NCBI RefSeq assembly: GCF_001457595.1
Contig: NZ_LN831039.1
Location: 5,640,001 to 5,672,000 of the forward strand
Length of the DNA stretch: 32,000 nucleotides
DNA from: Mycolicibacterium smegmatis
Lineage (GTDB): Bacteria; Actinomycetota; Actinomycetes; Mycobacteriales; Mycobacteriaceae
Direction of reading: 5' to 3'
Within the stretch, counting starts at the first letter, position 1. Every line of letters begins with the position of its first letter. Shown in pieces: positions 14,752-24,425 of the stretch. Under the pieces are notes generated by a model. That model had not been told where the DNA came from, ran no database searches, and saw only the letters and a program-made list of their open reading frames with translations. The translations under genes were made by a program, and so were the position numbers.

Positions 14752-16168
14752 ATGAGCACCGATACCCAAGACTCGGCGGACGCGCGAGCGAAGACGCCAG
14801 GACAACTCACCGGCGCGGTCGTGATCGTCGCACTCGTGTCCGCGGTGTCGGGCATGCTCTACGGCTACGACACGGGCATCATCTCCGGAGCCCTGCTCCA
14901 GATCACCAAGGACTTCTCGATCGCCGAGGCCTGGAAACAGGTGATCGCGGCGAGCATCCTTCTCGGCGCCGTCATCGGCGCGCTGGTGTGCAGGTCACCT
15001 GTCACAGAAACGGGGCCGCAAGGGCACACTGCTGATGCTGGCCGTGGTGTTCGTGATCGGCTCGCTGTGGTGCGCGATCTCCCCCAACCCGGTGCTGCTG
15101 TCGGTCGGTCGGTTGGTGTTGGGATTCGCGGTCGGCGGCGCCACACAGACCGCGCCGATGTACGTTGCGGAACTCTCGCCGCCGAAGTACCGCGGCCGGC
15201 TGGTGCTGTGTTTCCAGATCGCGATCGGCGTGGGCATCGTGATCGCGACGATAGTCGGTGCGTCCGAACACATTCCGTGGCGCTGGTCGATCGGCGCCGC
15301 GGCTGTCCCGGCCGCGATCATGCTGGTCCTGCTACTGCGCCTGCCGGAGAGCCCGCGCTGGCTGATCAAGGACGGCGATCCCGACAAGGCACGCGAGGTG
15401 CTCGAGCGGGTGCGGCCCGACGGTTACGACATCGACGGTGAACTCGACGAGATGACCACGCTGGTGCGCAAGGAGCAGACCGCGAAGACCCGCGGCTGGC
15501 CCGGCCTGCGCGCGGCCTGGGTACGGCCCGCACTCATACTCGGTTGCGGCATAGCGATTTTCACGCAACTCAGCGGTATCGAGATGATCATCTACTACTC
15601 GCCGACCATCCTCACCGACAACGGATTCTCCGAATCGGTGGCGCTTCAGGTCTCGGTCGCGCTCGGCGTGAGCTACCTGGTGGCGCAACTCGTGGGCCTG
15701 TCGATCATCGACAAGGTCGGGCGGCGCCGGCTCACGCTCATCATGATCCCGGGTGCGGCCGTGAGCCTGTTCGTGCTCGGCACGCTGTTCGCCACCGGCC
15801 ACAGCGGCCGCGACTCGGTGCCGTTCATCGTCGCGTGCCTCGTGGTGTTCATGCTGTTCAACGCAGGCGGCCTGCAACTCATGGGTTGGCTGACCGGTTC
15901 GGAGACCTACCCGCTGGCGGTGCGTCCGGCTGGGACGGCCGCACAGTCGGCGGCCTTGTGGGGCACCAACCTGCTCATCACGCTGACCCTGCTGACGCTG
16001 ATCAGCGGGATCGGCGTGGGGCCCGCGATGTGGCTCTACGGGCTGTTCAACGTCGCGGCATGGCTTTTCGTGTACTTCCGGATGCCCGACCTGACCGGCC
16101 GCAGCCTCGAGGAGATCGAGGGCAAGCTGCGCGACGGCAAGTTCCGCCCCGCCGACTTCGCGCGCTGA
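14752..16168 (+). pseudogene. MFS sugar porter (sugar/H+ symporter family) with a +1 frameshift near 14985-14993
   Basis: The N-terminal frame reads MSTDTQ...SGMLYGYDTGIISGALLQI...ILLGAVIGALVC. It continues only in the +1 frame as (A)GHLSQKRGRKGTLLMLAVVFVIGSLWCA...GRLVLGFAVGGATQTAPMYVAELSPPKYRG...PESPRWL...PETKGRSLEEIE-like end. ORFs 14644-15441 and 15035-16168 overlap in different frames. Confidence 0.85.
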
Positions 16169-16190
16169 GGGCTCACGCCATACTCCAGGC

Positions 16191-16817
16191 ATGACGCTGA
16201 CGGTCGCCTCGATCGACATCGCCGATCCGGCCGCGGCCTGGGCACGGGCCGGTTTCACGGTCGACGACGGCGTGTGCCACGTCGGCGGGGTACGCATCCG
16301 GTTGGGTGCGGCGGGTACCGGGATCACCGGATGGGTGCTGCGGGGCGTACCCGAACGGGTGACCGATCTGGACGGCATCCCGACGTCGCCATCCGACGCA
16401 CCACCGTCGCAGCCTGCGGCCCACGCCAACGGAGTCGTCTCGATCGACCACGTCGTGCTGCTGTCGCCGAACCTGACCCGTACGGTCGGCGCCCTCGCGG
16501 AGCTCGGCGAAGCGCCTCGCCGCGAACGCGACGGCGAGCTGGGCGGGCAGCCGATCCGCCAGATCTTCTTCCGGTTCGGCGAGGTGATCATCGAGGTGGT
16601 GGGTGCACCCGACGCCGTGGGCGACGGACCGTCGTCGCTGTGGGGCATCACGTACGTGGTCGACGACATCGACGCCACCGCAGCATTTTTCGGTGACAAC
16701 GCGCTGCCGGTCAAAGATGCCGTACAGCCCGGCCGCCGGATCGCCACGCTACGTGGCGACCGGCTCGGGCTGAGCGTGCGCAGCGCGGTGATCTCAGCGC
16801 CCGCGCGTCGGTGGTGA
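16191..16817 (+). CDS. VOC/glyoxalase-like domain protein
   Basis: The protein is 208 aa. It contains VVSIDHVVLLSPNL... and IFFRFGEVIIEVVG, with the beta-alpha-beta-beta-beta type pattern. The family call is from memory only. Confidence 0.6.
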   Translation: MTLTVASIDIADPAAAWARAGFTVDDGVCHVGGVRIRLGAAGTGITGWVLRGVPERVTDLDGIPTSPSDAPPSQPAAHANGVVSIDHVVLLSPNLTRTVGALAELGEAPRRERDGELGGQPIRQIFFRFGEVIIEVVGAPDAVGDGPSSLWGITYVVDDIDATAAFFGDNALPVKDAVQPGRRIATLRGDRLGLSVRSAVISAPARRW

Positions 16818-16866
16818 TCTCGACGCCCGCGCGTCGGGGATGATCTTGACGCCCGCGCGTCGGTGA
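16789..16866 (+). repeat. 3 x 26-nt tandem repeat spanning the VOC stop codon and the rnhA leader
   Basis: The copies are tgatctcagcgcccgcgcgtcggtgg, tgatctcgacgcccgcgcgtcgggga and tgatcttgacgcccgcgcgtcggtga. Copies 2 and 3 carry the mini-hairpin gacgc-ccgc-gcgtc; copy 1 has agcgc in place of gacgc, so its stem is weaker. Confidence 0.9.
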
Positions 16867-16901
16867 ACCACCGGCACCACGCCGTTGCCTATCCTCTGAG
16901 C

Positions 16902-17381
16902 GTGAGCCAGGATCCCGTCATCATCCACACCGACGGCGGCTGCCGCCCCAACCCGGGCCCCGGCGGCTGGGGTGCGGTGCTACGGCACCGCGAGCACGTC
17001 CGCGAGATGTTCGGCGGCGAAGCGGCCGTGACCAGCAACAACCGCATGGAGCTGACGGCCCCGATCATGGCGCTCGAGGCCTTGACCCGGCCCGTCACGG
17101 TGCACCTGTACACCGACAGCACCTACGTGCGCAACGGCATCACCAAGTGGGTGCTGGGCTGGGAGCGCAACGGCTGGATGACCGCAGCCAAGCAGCCCGT
17201 GAAGAATGTCGACCTGTGGCAGCGCCTGCAGGCCGCGTGCGCGCGCCACCAGGTCGAGTGGTTCTGGGTGAAGGGGCACTCGGGCATCGGCGACAACGAG
17301 CTGGCCGACGAACTCGCGACCCGCGGACTGCAGGAGGCAGTGGGCCTCACCACCAGTAGTGCGGGTACTTCGCTCCGTTGA
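16902..17381 (+). CDS. rnhA: Ribonuclease HI
   Basis: The protein contains [38 protein letters not shown] and [18 protein letters not shown], which carry the DEDD catalytic residues. I prefer the GTG at 16902 (159 aa). The ORF track's GTG at 16863 is an alternative. Confidence 0.9.
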   Translation: MSQDPVIIHTDGGCRPNPGPGGWGAVLRHREHVREMFGGEAAVTSNNRMELTAPIMALEALTRPVTVHLYTDSTYVRNGITKWVLGWERNGWMTAAKQPVKNVDLWQRLQAACARHQVEWFWVKGHSGIGDNELADELATRGLQEAVGLTTSSAGTSLR

Positions 17382-17907
17382 GCTTGTTGCCCGCCAGGCC
17401 GACCACCACGAGGATCACCGCGGCCGTGCCGACCAGGACGACGAACTCCCAGCGCGGGATCTCGGGCACCACGGCGATCATCGCGGTCGCCGCGGCCGGT
17501 GAGTGAGACATCCTGAGCAGCTTCATCATTCCGAGTGCCAGTGCGCCGGCCACCGCACCGGCCCACAACGCGTCGAGAGCCGTCATACCGACCATCACAC
17601 CGACGATCGCCGACATCACGTGGCCGCCGATGACGTTGCGAGGCTGCGACAGGGGGAAGTGCGCGCCTCCGACAACGAGCGCCGCGCTGGCCGCCAGCGG
17701 CGGGATCAACCACGGGTCGTGCGTGATCGCCGTCAGCGACGCGATGATGGCGAGCGCCACCAGACTCACGATGGTCTCGACCACGATGACGCTCAACCGC
17801 TGACGTGGCGGGGCAGCGCTGCGGAACCAACTGGATCGACTCGGTCCCGACGTCCCGGATGTCTCGGCATCGAGCAACTCGACCGAAGTCACCGACGGCT
17901 CCGTCAC
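17347..17907 (-). CDS. HPP-family integral membrane protein
   Basis: The protein is 186 aa with 4-5 TM segments and the motif [11 protein letters not shown] (HPP-like). The GTG start is preceded by GGGGAGG. Its 3' end overlaps rnhA by 35 nt (convergent). Confidence 0.7.
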   Translation of the reverse strand: MTEPSVTSVELLDAETSGTSGPSRSSWFRSAAPPRQRLSVIVVETIVSLVALAIIASLTAITHDPWLIPPLAASAALVVGGAHFPLSQPRNVIGGHVMSAIVGVMVGMTALDALWAGAVAGALALGMMKLLRMSHSPAAATAMIAVVPEIPRWEFVVLVGTAAVILVVVGLAGNKLNGAKYPHYWW

Positions 17908-18166
17908 AGGACCTCCCCGAATGAGAAACGCACTTTCGGGAGGCTAACGGCCCCAACGATGTTAACGGAATGTTAAGCCGGTTATCGCGTCATACATTCT
18001 GGTTATCAAGGCCCGCAACGCATTTGCTGGCGCGTCGCCGAAGGGTGATCGACACCGGTTATCGCCCGTGGTCGGACCCGGTGCGCCGGCGTCCCTTGGT
18101 CAACTGCACGGGGTCGATCTCGGTGTTCGGCCCCTCGCGGAACATGCTGCCGTCGCGGCGATGCGC

Positions 18167-19165
18167 TCAGCCGTCCCCCGATGACAGTTCGCGCCCGCGG
18201 AATGTGGCGCGGTACGCGCTCGGCGTCACGCCCATCGCGGACTGGAACAGCTGGCGCATCGCCGTGCCGCTGCCCAGGCCGGATTCGGCTGCGACCCGCT
18301 CGACCGGGAAGTCGGTCTGCTCAAGCAGTTCGCAGGCCCGGTGCAGGCGCTGTTCGGTGAGCCACTGCATCGGGGAGAGCCCCGTCTCTTCGCGGAACCG
18401 GCGGGTGAAGGTGCGCTTGCTCATCGCGCTGACGGCGGCCATGTCGTCGAGGGTGATGGCCTCATCGAGTCGTTCCGCTGCCCACGCGCGGGCCGCACCG
18501 GTCGCCGCGGTGGTGGGCTCGGGGACCAGGCGCTGGATGTACTGGGCCTGACCACCTTCGCGGTGTGGTGGCGTGACCGTGCCGCGGGCCACCTCGTTGG
18601 CCACCGCGGCTCCGAAGTCGCTTCGGATCATGTGCAGGCACAGGTCCAGGCCCGCGGCCACACCGGCCGAGGTCAGGACGTCGTCGCAATCGGTGAACAG
18701 CACGTTCGGGTCCAGTTCGATGTGGGGGAACAGGCGCCGGAAGTCGCCGGCCGAGCGCCAGTGGGTGGTGGCCCGGCGCTCGTCGAGGAACCCGGCGGCC
18801 GCGAGCACGAACGAGCCCGTGCAGATCGAGGCCATCCGGGTGCCGGGTTTGATGTGCGACAGCGCTGTGGCCAGTTCGGGGCTCAGCCGGCCCTGCGTGG
18901 GCGGTGCGTAGTCCTCGTCGGAGGCCGGAATGACGACGGTGTCGGCCTGTGCCAGCACGTCGGGCCCGTTGGCGACGTTGATGGTGAAGTCGGTGTCGGT
19001 GCGCACCGGCCCGGGTGTCAGCGTCGCCGTCACGACGTCGTACAGGCGCTCCCCGCTGGTCGATCGGGCCTGCCCGAACAGGCGGTGCGGGATCCCGACC
19101 TCCAGCGGGATCATGCCGTCGCGAACCAGGACTACTACTCGATGCATGGCCCGATTCTTGCGCAT
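18167..19165 (-). CDS. GlxA-type transcriptional regulator (DJ-1/PfpI-like domain + AraC HTH)
   Basis: The N-terminus has VVVLVRDGMIPLEVGIP...ASICTGSFVLAAAGFLD (DJ-1/PfpI nucleophile elbow). The C-terminus has MSKRTFTRRFREETGLSPMQWL...GLGSGTAMRQLFQSAMGVTPSAYR (AraC). The ATG at 19147 is an alternative start. Confidence 0.85.
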   Translation of the reverse strand: MRKNRAMHRVVVLVRDGMIPLEVGIPHRLFGQARSTSGERLYDVVTATLTPGPVRTDTDFTINVANGPDVLAQADTVVIPASDEDYAPPTQGRLSPELATALSHIKPGTRMASICTGSFVLAAAGFLDERRATTHWRSAGDFRRLFPHIELDPNVLFTDCDDVLTSAGVAAGLDLCLHMIRSDFGAAVANEVARGTVTPPHREGGQAQYIQRLVPEPTTAATGAARAWAAERLDEAITLDDMAAVSAMSKRTFTRRFREETGLSPMQWLTEQRLHRACELLEQTDFPVERVAAESGLGSGTAMRQLFQSAMGVTPSAYRATFRGRELSSGDG

Positions 19166-19231
19166 ATTGACTCGCGGGCCACTAGTGCGGCCGTGTGCGG
19201 GTCACGATGCTGGATGTCAGGAGGTGATCAC

Positions 19232-20008
19232 ATGAAGGTCCTGTGGGTGTTCGCCCATCCCGAGCAGGCGTCGCTCAACGGTTCTCTCATGCAGGAGGGT
19301 CTGGGGATCCTCGAGGAACTCGGCCACGAATACCAGGTCTCGGACCTGTACGCGATGAAGTGGAAGGCCGCGCTGGACCGAGACGACTACACGCGCGACA
19401 CCGAGGGCCGGTTCTCGGTGAGCCGGGCTTCGCAGCAGGCGTTCCGCACGGGCACGCTCAGCGCGGACATCGTTGCCGAACAGCGCAAGCTCGAATGGGC
19501 CGATCTGTTCGTCTTGCAGTTTCCGCTGTGGTGGTACAGCGTTCCGGCGATCCTCAAGGGTTGGATCGACCGTGTCTTCGTCAAGGGCTTCGCGTACGGC
19601 ATCGTCGACCCTGAGAATCCCGGCCGTACACCGCGTTACGGCGACGGTCCGCTCGCGGGCAAGAAAGCGCTGACGATCCTGACGTCTGGCAGCCCGCCTG
19701 CGGCGCTGGGACCACGCGGTATCAACGGCCAACTCGACCAAGTGCTCTTCCCGCTGTTGCACGGCACGCTGTGGTACGTCGGCATCGCTCCCCTGGCGCC
19801 CATGTGCCTCTATGGTGCCGACCGTTTCTCCGGCGATGAGTTCGCTTCGGCGACAGCGGAACTACGCCGACGGATCGAAGCGATCGACGACGAGGAGCCC
19901 ATCCCGTTCCGCCGTCAGAACGGCGGCGAGTACGACGCGGATCTCGTGTTACGGCCCGAACTGGCGCCTGGCGCCACAGGTATATCGGTGCACTATCACG
20001 ACCGGTGA
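19232..20008 (+). CDS. NAD(P)H:quinone oxidoreductase-like flavodoxin-fold protein (Flavodoxin_2 family)
   Basis: AGGAGG lies 8 nt upstream of the ATG at 19232. The protein contains MKVLWVFAHPEQASLNGSL and ADLFVLQFPLWWYSVPAILKGWIDRV. The rest of the 555-aa ORF is antisense to the GlxA gene. Confidence 0.85.
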   Translation: MKVLWVFAHPEQASLNGSLMQEGLGILEELGHEYQVSDLYAMKWKAALDRDDYTRDTEGRFSVSRASQQAFRTGTLSADIVAEQRKLEWADLFVLQFPLWWYSVPAILKGWIDRVFVKGFAYGIVDPENPGRTPRYGDGPLAGKKALTILTSGSPPAALGPRGINGQLDQVLFPLLHGTLWYVGIAPLAPMCLYGADRFSGDEFASATAELRRRIEAIDDEEPIPFRRQNGGEYDADLVLRPELAPGATGISVHYHDR

Positions 20009-20635
20009 TCAGTTGAGCCCAGAACCCGGATGGAACCGCTTGACGCGACGCAAGGTGTTCTCGTCGGTGTGATGCATCTCGGAACCGGTGGCGGCCAGTC
20101 GCAGTCGCAGATCCGACGTGTAGCTGAAGGCGCCGTCTTCGTCGAAGACGAAACTGCTGGTGAAGCCTTTGATCTCGGCACGGTCGAGCAGATAGCGGTT
20201 CTGCAGGATGCCGTAGCAGGGGTCACCGGGGGTCGCGTCGAAGTGCAGGATGCGATCGCCGATGGCGGCGTCACCGCCCGCGAGGATCGCGATACCCCGG
20301 CCGAACACCACATTGCGGATGACCTGACCATCGGCCTTGTCCCAGAGCAGAAACCCGATCTCGTCATGGAAGGGGTCCATCGCCTCTTCCCCGTGCCGCC
20401 AGGCGGTCATCGAGTAGCTGAGACCCCAGAGCACCTGCCGGCCGTTCTCCTGGAGCGGGATCGGCTTGAAGACGGCCTTTTCGAAGTAGGTGGTCCTTCC
20501 GATCTCATCGTCGTTGTTGTGGTAGCTGATGTCCACACCTTCGTCGCCCTCCCACTCACCGACCAGTGGGGTCAATGGTCCGAGTTTCTGCGGGCCGGAG
20601 ACAGTGGTGCGGTCGAGCGTCTGCGCGCTGGTCAT
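20009..20635 (-). CDS. Nitrobindin/THAP4-like heme-binding beta-barrel (DUF1794-like) protein
   Basis: From the Met at 20635 the protein reads MTSAQTL...LTPLVGEWEGDEG...WGLSY..., the family's G-x-W-x-G N-terminal motif. Its stop directly abuts the convergent gene's stop (TGATCA at 20006-20011). Confidence 0.65.
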   Translation of the reverse strand: MTSAQTLDRTTVSGPQKLGPLTPLVGEWEGDEGVDISYHNNDDEIGRTTYFEKAVFKPIPLQENGRQVLWGLSYSMTAWRHGEEAMDPFHDEIGFLLWDKADGQVIRNVVFGRGIAILAGGDAAIGDRILHFDATPGDPCYGILQNRYLLDRAEIKGFTSSFVFDEDGAFSYTSDLRLRLAATGSEMHHTDENTLRRVKRFHPGSGLN

Positions 20636-20732
20636 GACGATGCTCCGTTCAATCGATGCCTCGAGACTATCGAACGCATTTGTCTTGCACAAGACAAGTC
20701 TTGCGTCAGGCAAATCTGGAGCGAGCACCGTC

Positions 20733-21194
20733 TCAGTACGGAATTCGGGGGTCCTCGGGAGCCTGCAGCACCTCGTGCAGGCGCTCCAACGCGGCGATGC
20801 ACTGCGAGCGCTCCTCGGAGCTCAGCCGATCCAGCGCCTTACCCAATTCGCGCCGGCGACGGCTTTCCACTTTTCGCACCAAGCGCCGGCCTTCGTCGGT
20901 GAGTGCGAGCACCACCGCACTGCGGTTGGCAGGATCCGGGCGACGGACCAGGTGGCCTGAGGAGTGGAGTCGGTCGACCAGGCGGGTGATGGACGATCCC
21001 CCGATTCCCAGCATCTCCGCACATCTGGTGGCACCGGCTTCGCCCAACTCATCGAGCACCCGCAGCAGCCGAAACTGTGGCAGAGACACTTCCAGGCCGT
21101 CGACGCTGCGCAGGGCCACACCCACCAGGTCGCTGGTGACAAGCTGAACAGCGACCACCTCGCGGGCCGTTGAGTCCGCCTTCTTACTCACCAC
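20733..21194 (-). CDS. MarR-family transcriptional regulator
   Basis: The protein is 153 aa. It has the winged HTH LPQFRLLRVLDELGEAGATRCAEMLGIGGSSITRLVDRL...RRPDPANRSAVVLALTDEG. Confidence 0.85.
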   Translation of the reverse strand: MVSKKADSTAREVVAVQLVTSDLVGVALRSVDGLEVSLPQFRLLRVLDELGEAGATRCAEMLGIGGSSITRLVDRLHSSGHLVRRPDPANRSAVVLALTDEGRRLVRKVESRRRRELGKALDRLSSEERSQCIAALERLHEVLQAPEDPRIPY

Positions 21195-21234
21195 TTCGCG
21201 AGTATCGCACGCTCGGCACCGTGCTGAGCGAGCG

Positions 21235-23502
21235 TCATTCCCACACCACCTCGTCGGGTGTCTTGTCCGGACGCAGGCCGCGCCAACTCGGTTGGCGCAA
21301 CCGGCCGTCCGACGTGCGCTCGCTGTAGCGCACCTCCCCCACGAGTTCTGGGCGCACGAACGTGACGCCGCGCGCGTCGACCTTGGGCAGTGGCGCGTCG
21401 AAGGGCGATTCGTCGGTGTGCAGCGGTTTCAGCATGTCTTTGAGCTTGCCGAGTTCTTTTTCGGTGAAGCCCGTTCCGACGCGTCCCACGAACTGCAGGC
21501 CGTCGGGTCCCGGTATGCCGAGCACAAGTGCGCCGATGCCGCTGGACCGCCCGCCCTCACCCTGACGCCAGCCGCCGATCACCACCTCCTGGGTGTTCCA
21601 GATCTTGTCCTTGATCCACGACGACGAGCGTCGGCCCGGTTGGTACGTCGAGTCCCGTTTCTTGGCGACGACGCCCTCATAGCGTTTCTCACGGGCGTGT
21701 TCCATGGCCTCGGGCCCGTCACCCGACAACTGGTCCGGGACGATCAGGCTGCCACCGTCGGCCAGCGCCTCCAAGATCTTGCGGCGGTCGGAATACTTCG
21801 CGCGCAACAACGACCGGCCGTCGAGCCACAGGATGTCGAACGCCCAGAACTCGACGCGGGTCGAGCGGGCACGGTTCTGCATCTCGCCGAAGCTGGGAAT
21901 CCCGTTGTTGTCGAGGGCCACCGCCTCGCCGTCGAGCACCACATGGTGGTCGGCGAGATCTGCTGCCAGCGCCTTGAATTGGGGGTATTCACGTGTGACG
22001 TCACGACCGGTGCGTGAACGTATCTGCAGCTTCCCGTGATCCACGTGCACGATGACGCGGTAGCCGTCCCATTTGCCCTCGAACGCCCACTGCGTGGCCT
22101 TGTACTTCTGCACCGATCCCTCGGTGGCCAGCATGGGCGCGAAATCCTCTGGCCGCGTATTCTTCTGGTCTTTCATGCGGTGCGCCAGCCAGTTCTTGCC
22201 CTTGGTCTGGATCAAGGCGTAACGGCCGTCGACCTTCTCGCCGTGCAGCGTGACGATGATCTCGCCGTGCGTGTCGTCGGGGTTGTCGAGTTCCTCGGGG
22301 ACACGGAACTTCTCGGTCTCATAGGTGCCCGCATCCCAGATCACCATGTCGCCCGCGCCGTACTCGCCCTTTGGGATCGAGCCGTGGAACGTCAGGTATT
22401 CGATGGGATGGTCTTCGGTGTGCACCGCGAGACGGTTCTCGGCGGTGGTCTCGGGCAAATTCTTGGGCACCGCGAAACTCACCAGCACGCCGTCGCGTTC
22501 GAGCCGCAGGTCGTAGTGCAACCGTCGGGCGTGATGCTCCTGGATGACGAACTTGTCGTTGTTGCCCGTCGTCGGAATCTCTTTCGGGACCGGCTCGGGC
22601 GTCTTGGACGCGTCGCGCATGCTGCGGTAGGTGCTGAGCTTGTCGGCGAGCGGAGCGTCGGCGTCCAGCGGCGCGAGCAGGTCACCGTATTCGTCGAGGC
22701 GGTCCAGCACCTCGTCGAACCGCAGGTGCCGCAGTTCCGGGTCGGAGATCTCGTCCCATGTGCGCGGCGCGGCAACGGTCGGGTGGTCGCGCCCACGCAG
22801 TGAATACGGCGCGATCGTGGTCTTGGCCGCGTTGTTCTGGCTCCAGTCGAGGAACACCTTGCCGGCACGCAGGCTCTTGGTCATGGTCGCGGTGACCAGC
22901 TTCGGCATGGCCTGCTCCAACTGCTGCGCGACCCGGCGCGCGAGCACCGACGCCCCGCGTGAGCTGATCGGCTGGGCCAGCGGCACATACAGATGCAGGC
23001 CCTTGCTGCCGCTGGTGAGCGGGTACGTCTGCAGCTCCAGGTCGCTCATGAGCTCACGGACCTCGTGGGCCACCTCGCACAACTGCGTCATGGTGACGCC
23101 CTCACCGGGATCGAGGTCGAACACGATCCGGGTGGCCGGGCCCTGATCGCCGTCCTCGAACCGCCATTGCGGCACATGCACTTCCAGCGACGCCTGCTGC
23201 GCGATCCACGCCAGGCCCTCGCGCGTGTTGATGATGGGGTAGGTCGTGGTGCCCGACTTGTGCGTGATCGAGCCACGTTCCAGCCAGCTCGGCGCCGACG
23301 ACGCCAGCTGCTTTTCGAAGAACGCCTCTTCCGCGACACCGTTGGGCCAGCGTTTGCGCGTCACCGGCCGTCCCGCGATGTGCGGCAGCATCACCTGCGC
23401 GATGCTGAGGTAGTAGTCGAAGACCTCGGCCTTGGTGGTGCCCGTGGCGGGATAGAGCACCTTGTCAGGGTTCGTCAGGCGAACCCGCTCATAGCGCTCC
23501 AT
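21235..23502 (-). CDS. ligD: Multidomain NHEJ DNA ligase D (polymerase-primase / 3'-phosphoesterase / ATP-dependent ligase)
   Basis: The protein is 755 aa. The Pol domain reads VRLTNPDKVLYP...RKRWPNGV. The PE domain reads FVIQEHHARRLHYDLRLE...HTEDHPIEY. The ligase motif I is EGKWDGYR. The Pol-PE-Lig order is the mycobacterial arrangement. Confidence 0.95.
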   Translation of the reverse strand: MERYERVRLTNPDKVLYPATGTTKAEVFDYYLSIAQVMLPHIAGRPVTRKRWPNGVAEEAFFEKQLASSAPSWLERGSITHKSGTTTYPIINTREGLAWIAQQASLEVHVPQWRFEDGDQGPATRIVFDLDPGEGVTMTQLCEVAHEVRELMSDLELQTYPLTSGSKGLHLYVPLAQPISSRGASVLARRVAQQLEQAMPKLVTATMTKSLRAGKVFLDWSQNNAAKTTIAPYSLRGRDHPTVAAPRTWDEISDPELRHLRFDEVLDRLDEYGDLLAPLDADAPLADKLSTYRSMRDASKTPEPVPKEIPTTGNNDKFVIQEHHARRLHYDLRLERDGVLVSFAVPKNLPETTAENRLAVHTEDHPIEYLTFHGSIPKGEYGAGDMVIWDAGTYETEKFRVPEELDNPDDTHGEIIVTLHGEKVDGRYALIQTKGKNWLAHRMKDQKNTRPEDFAPMLATEGSVQKYKATQWAFEGKWDGYRVIVHVDHGKLQIRSRTGRDVTREYPQFKALAADLADHHVVLDGEAVALDNNGIPSFGEMQNRARSTRVEFWAFDILWLDGRSLLRAKYSDRRKILEALADGGSLIVPDQLSGDGPEAMEHAREKRYEGVVAKKRDSTYQPGRRSSSWIKDKIWNTQEVVIGGWRQGEGGRSSGIGALVLGIPGPDGLQFVGRVGTGFTEKELGKLKDMLKPLHTDESPFDAPLPKVDARGVTFVRPELVGEVRYSERTSDGRLRQPSWRGLRPDKTPDEVVWE

Positions 23503-23521
23503 CCCCCAAGGATGCCTCGTC

Positions 23522-23587
23522 GCGCCGATTTCTACACCAGGGTCGTGGTGGGCGAGTTATCCACAGCCCTGGTGCAGAAATCGGCGC
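23522..23587. repeat. 21-bp inverted repeat (1 mismatch) with a 24-nt loop between the ABC ATPase stop and the ligD start
   Basis: gcgccgatttctacaccaggg (23522-23542) pairs with ccctggtgcagaaatcggcgc (23567-23587). There is no U-tract. It could be an I-shaped terminator for the ABC operon or an operator for ligD. Confidence 0.5.
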
Positions 23588-23598
23588 AGCAGAGAAAG

Positions 23599-24395
<797 letters not shown>

Positions 24396-24425
24396 TGATC
24401 CGCCCCGGCATGTCGGGAGGTTCTC

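Noticed and set aside
15332-16747. 471-aa minus-strand ORF
   Set aside because: It is antisense to the sugar porter and VOC genes, Arg/Pro/Ser-rich, and has no recognisable domain.
16789-16866. CRISPR-like array
   Set aside because: The repeats are directly abutting with no spacers, there are only three copies, and there are no cas genes. It is a tandem repeat.
17970-18551. 193-aa plus-strand ORF in and beyond the HPP/GlxA spacer
   Set aside because: Most of it is antisense to the GlxA regulator gene, it is Arg/Ser-rich, and it has no SD or domain support.
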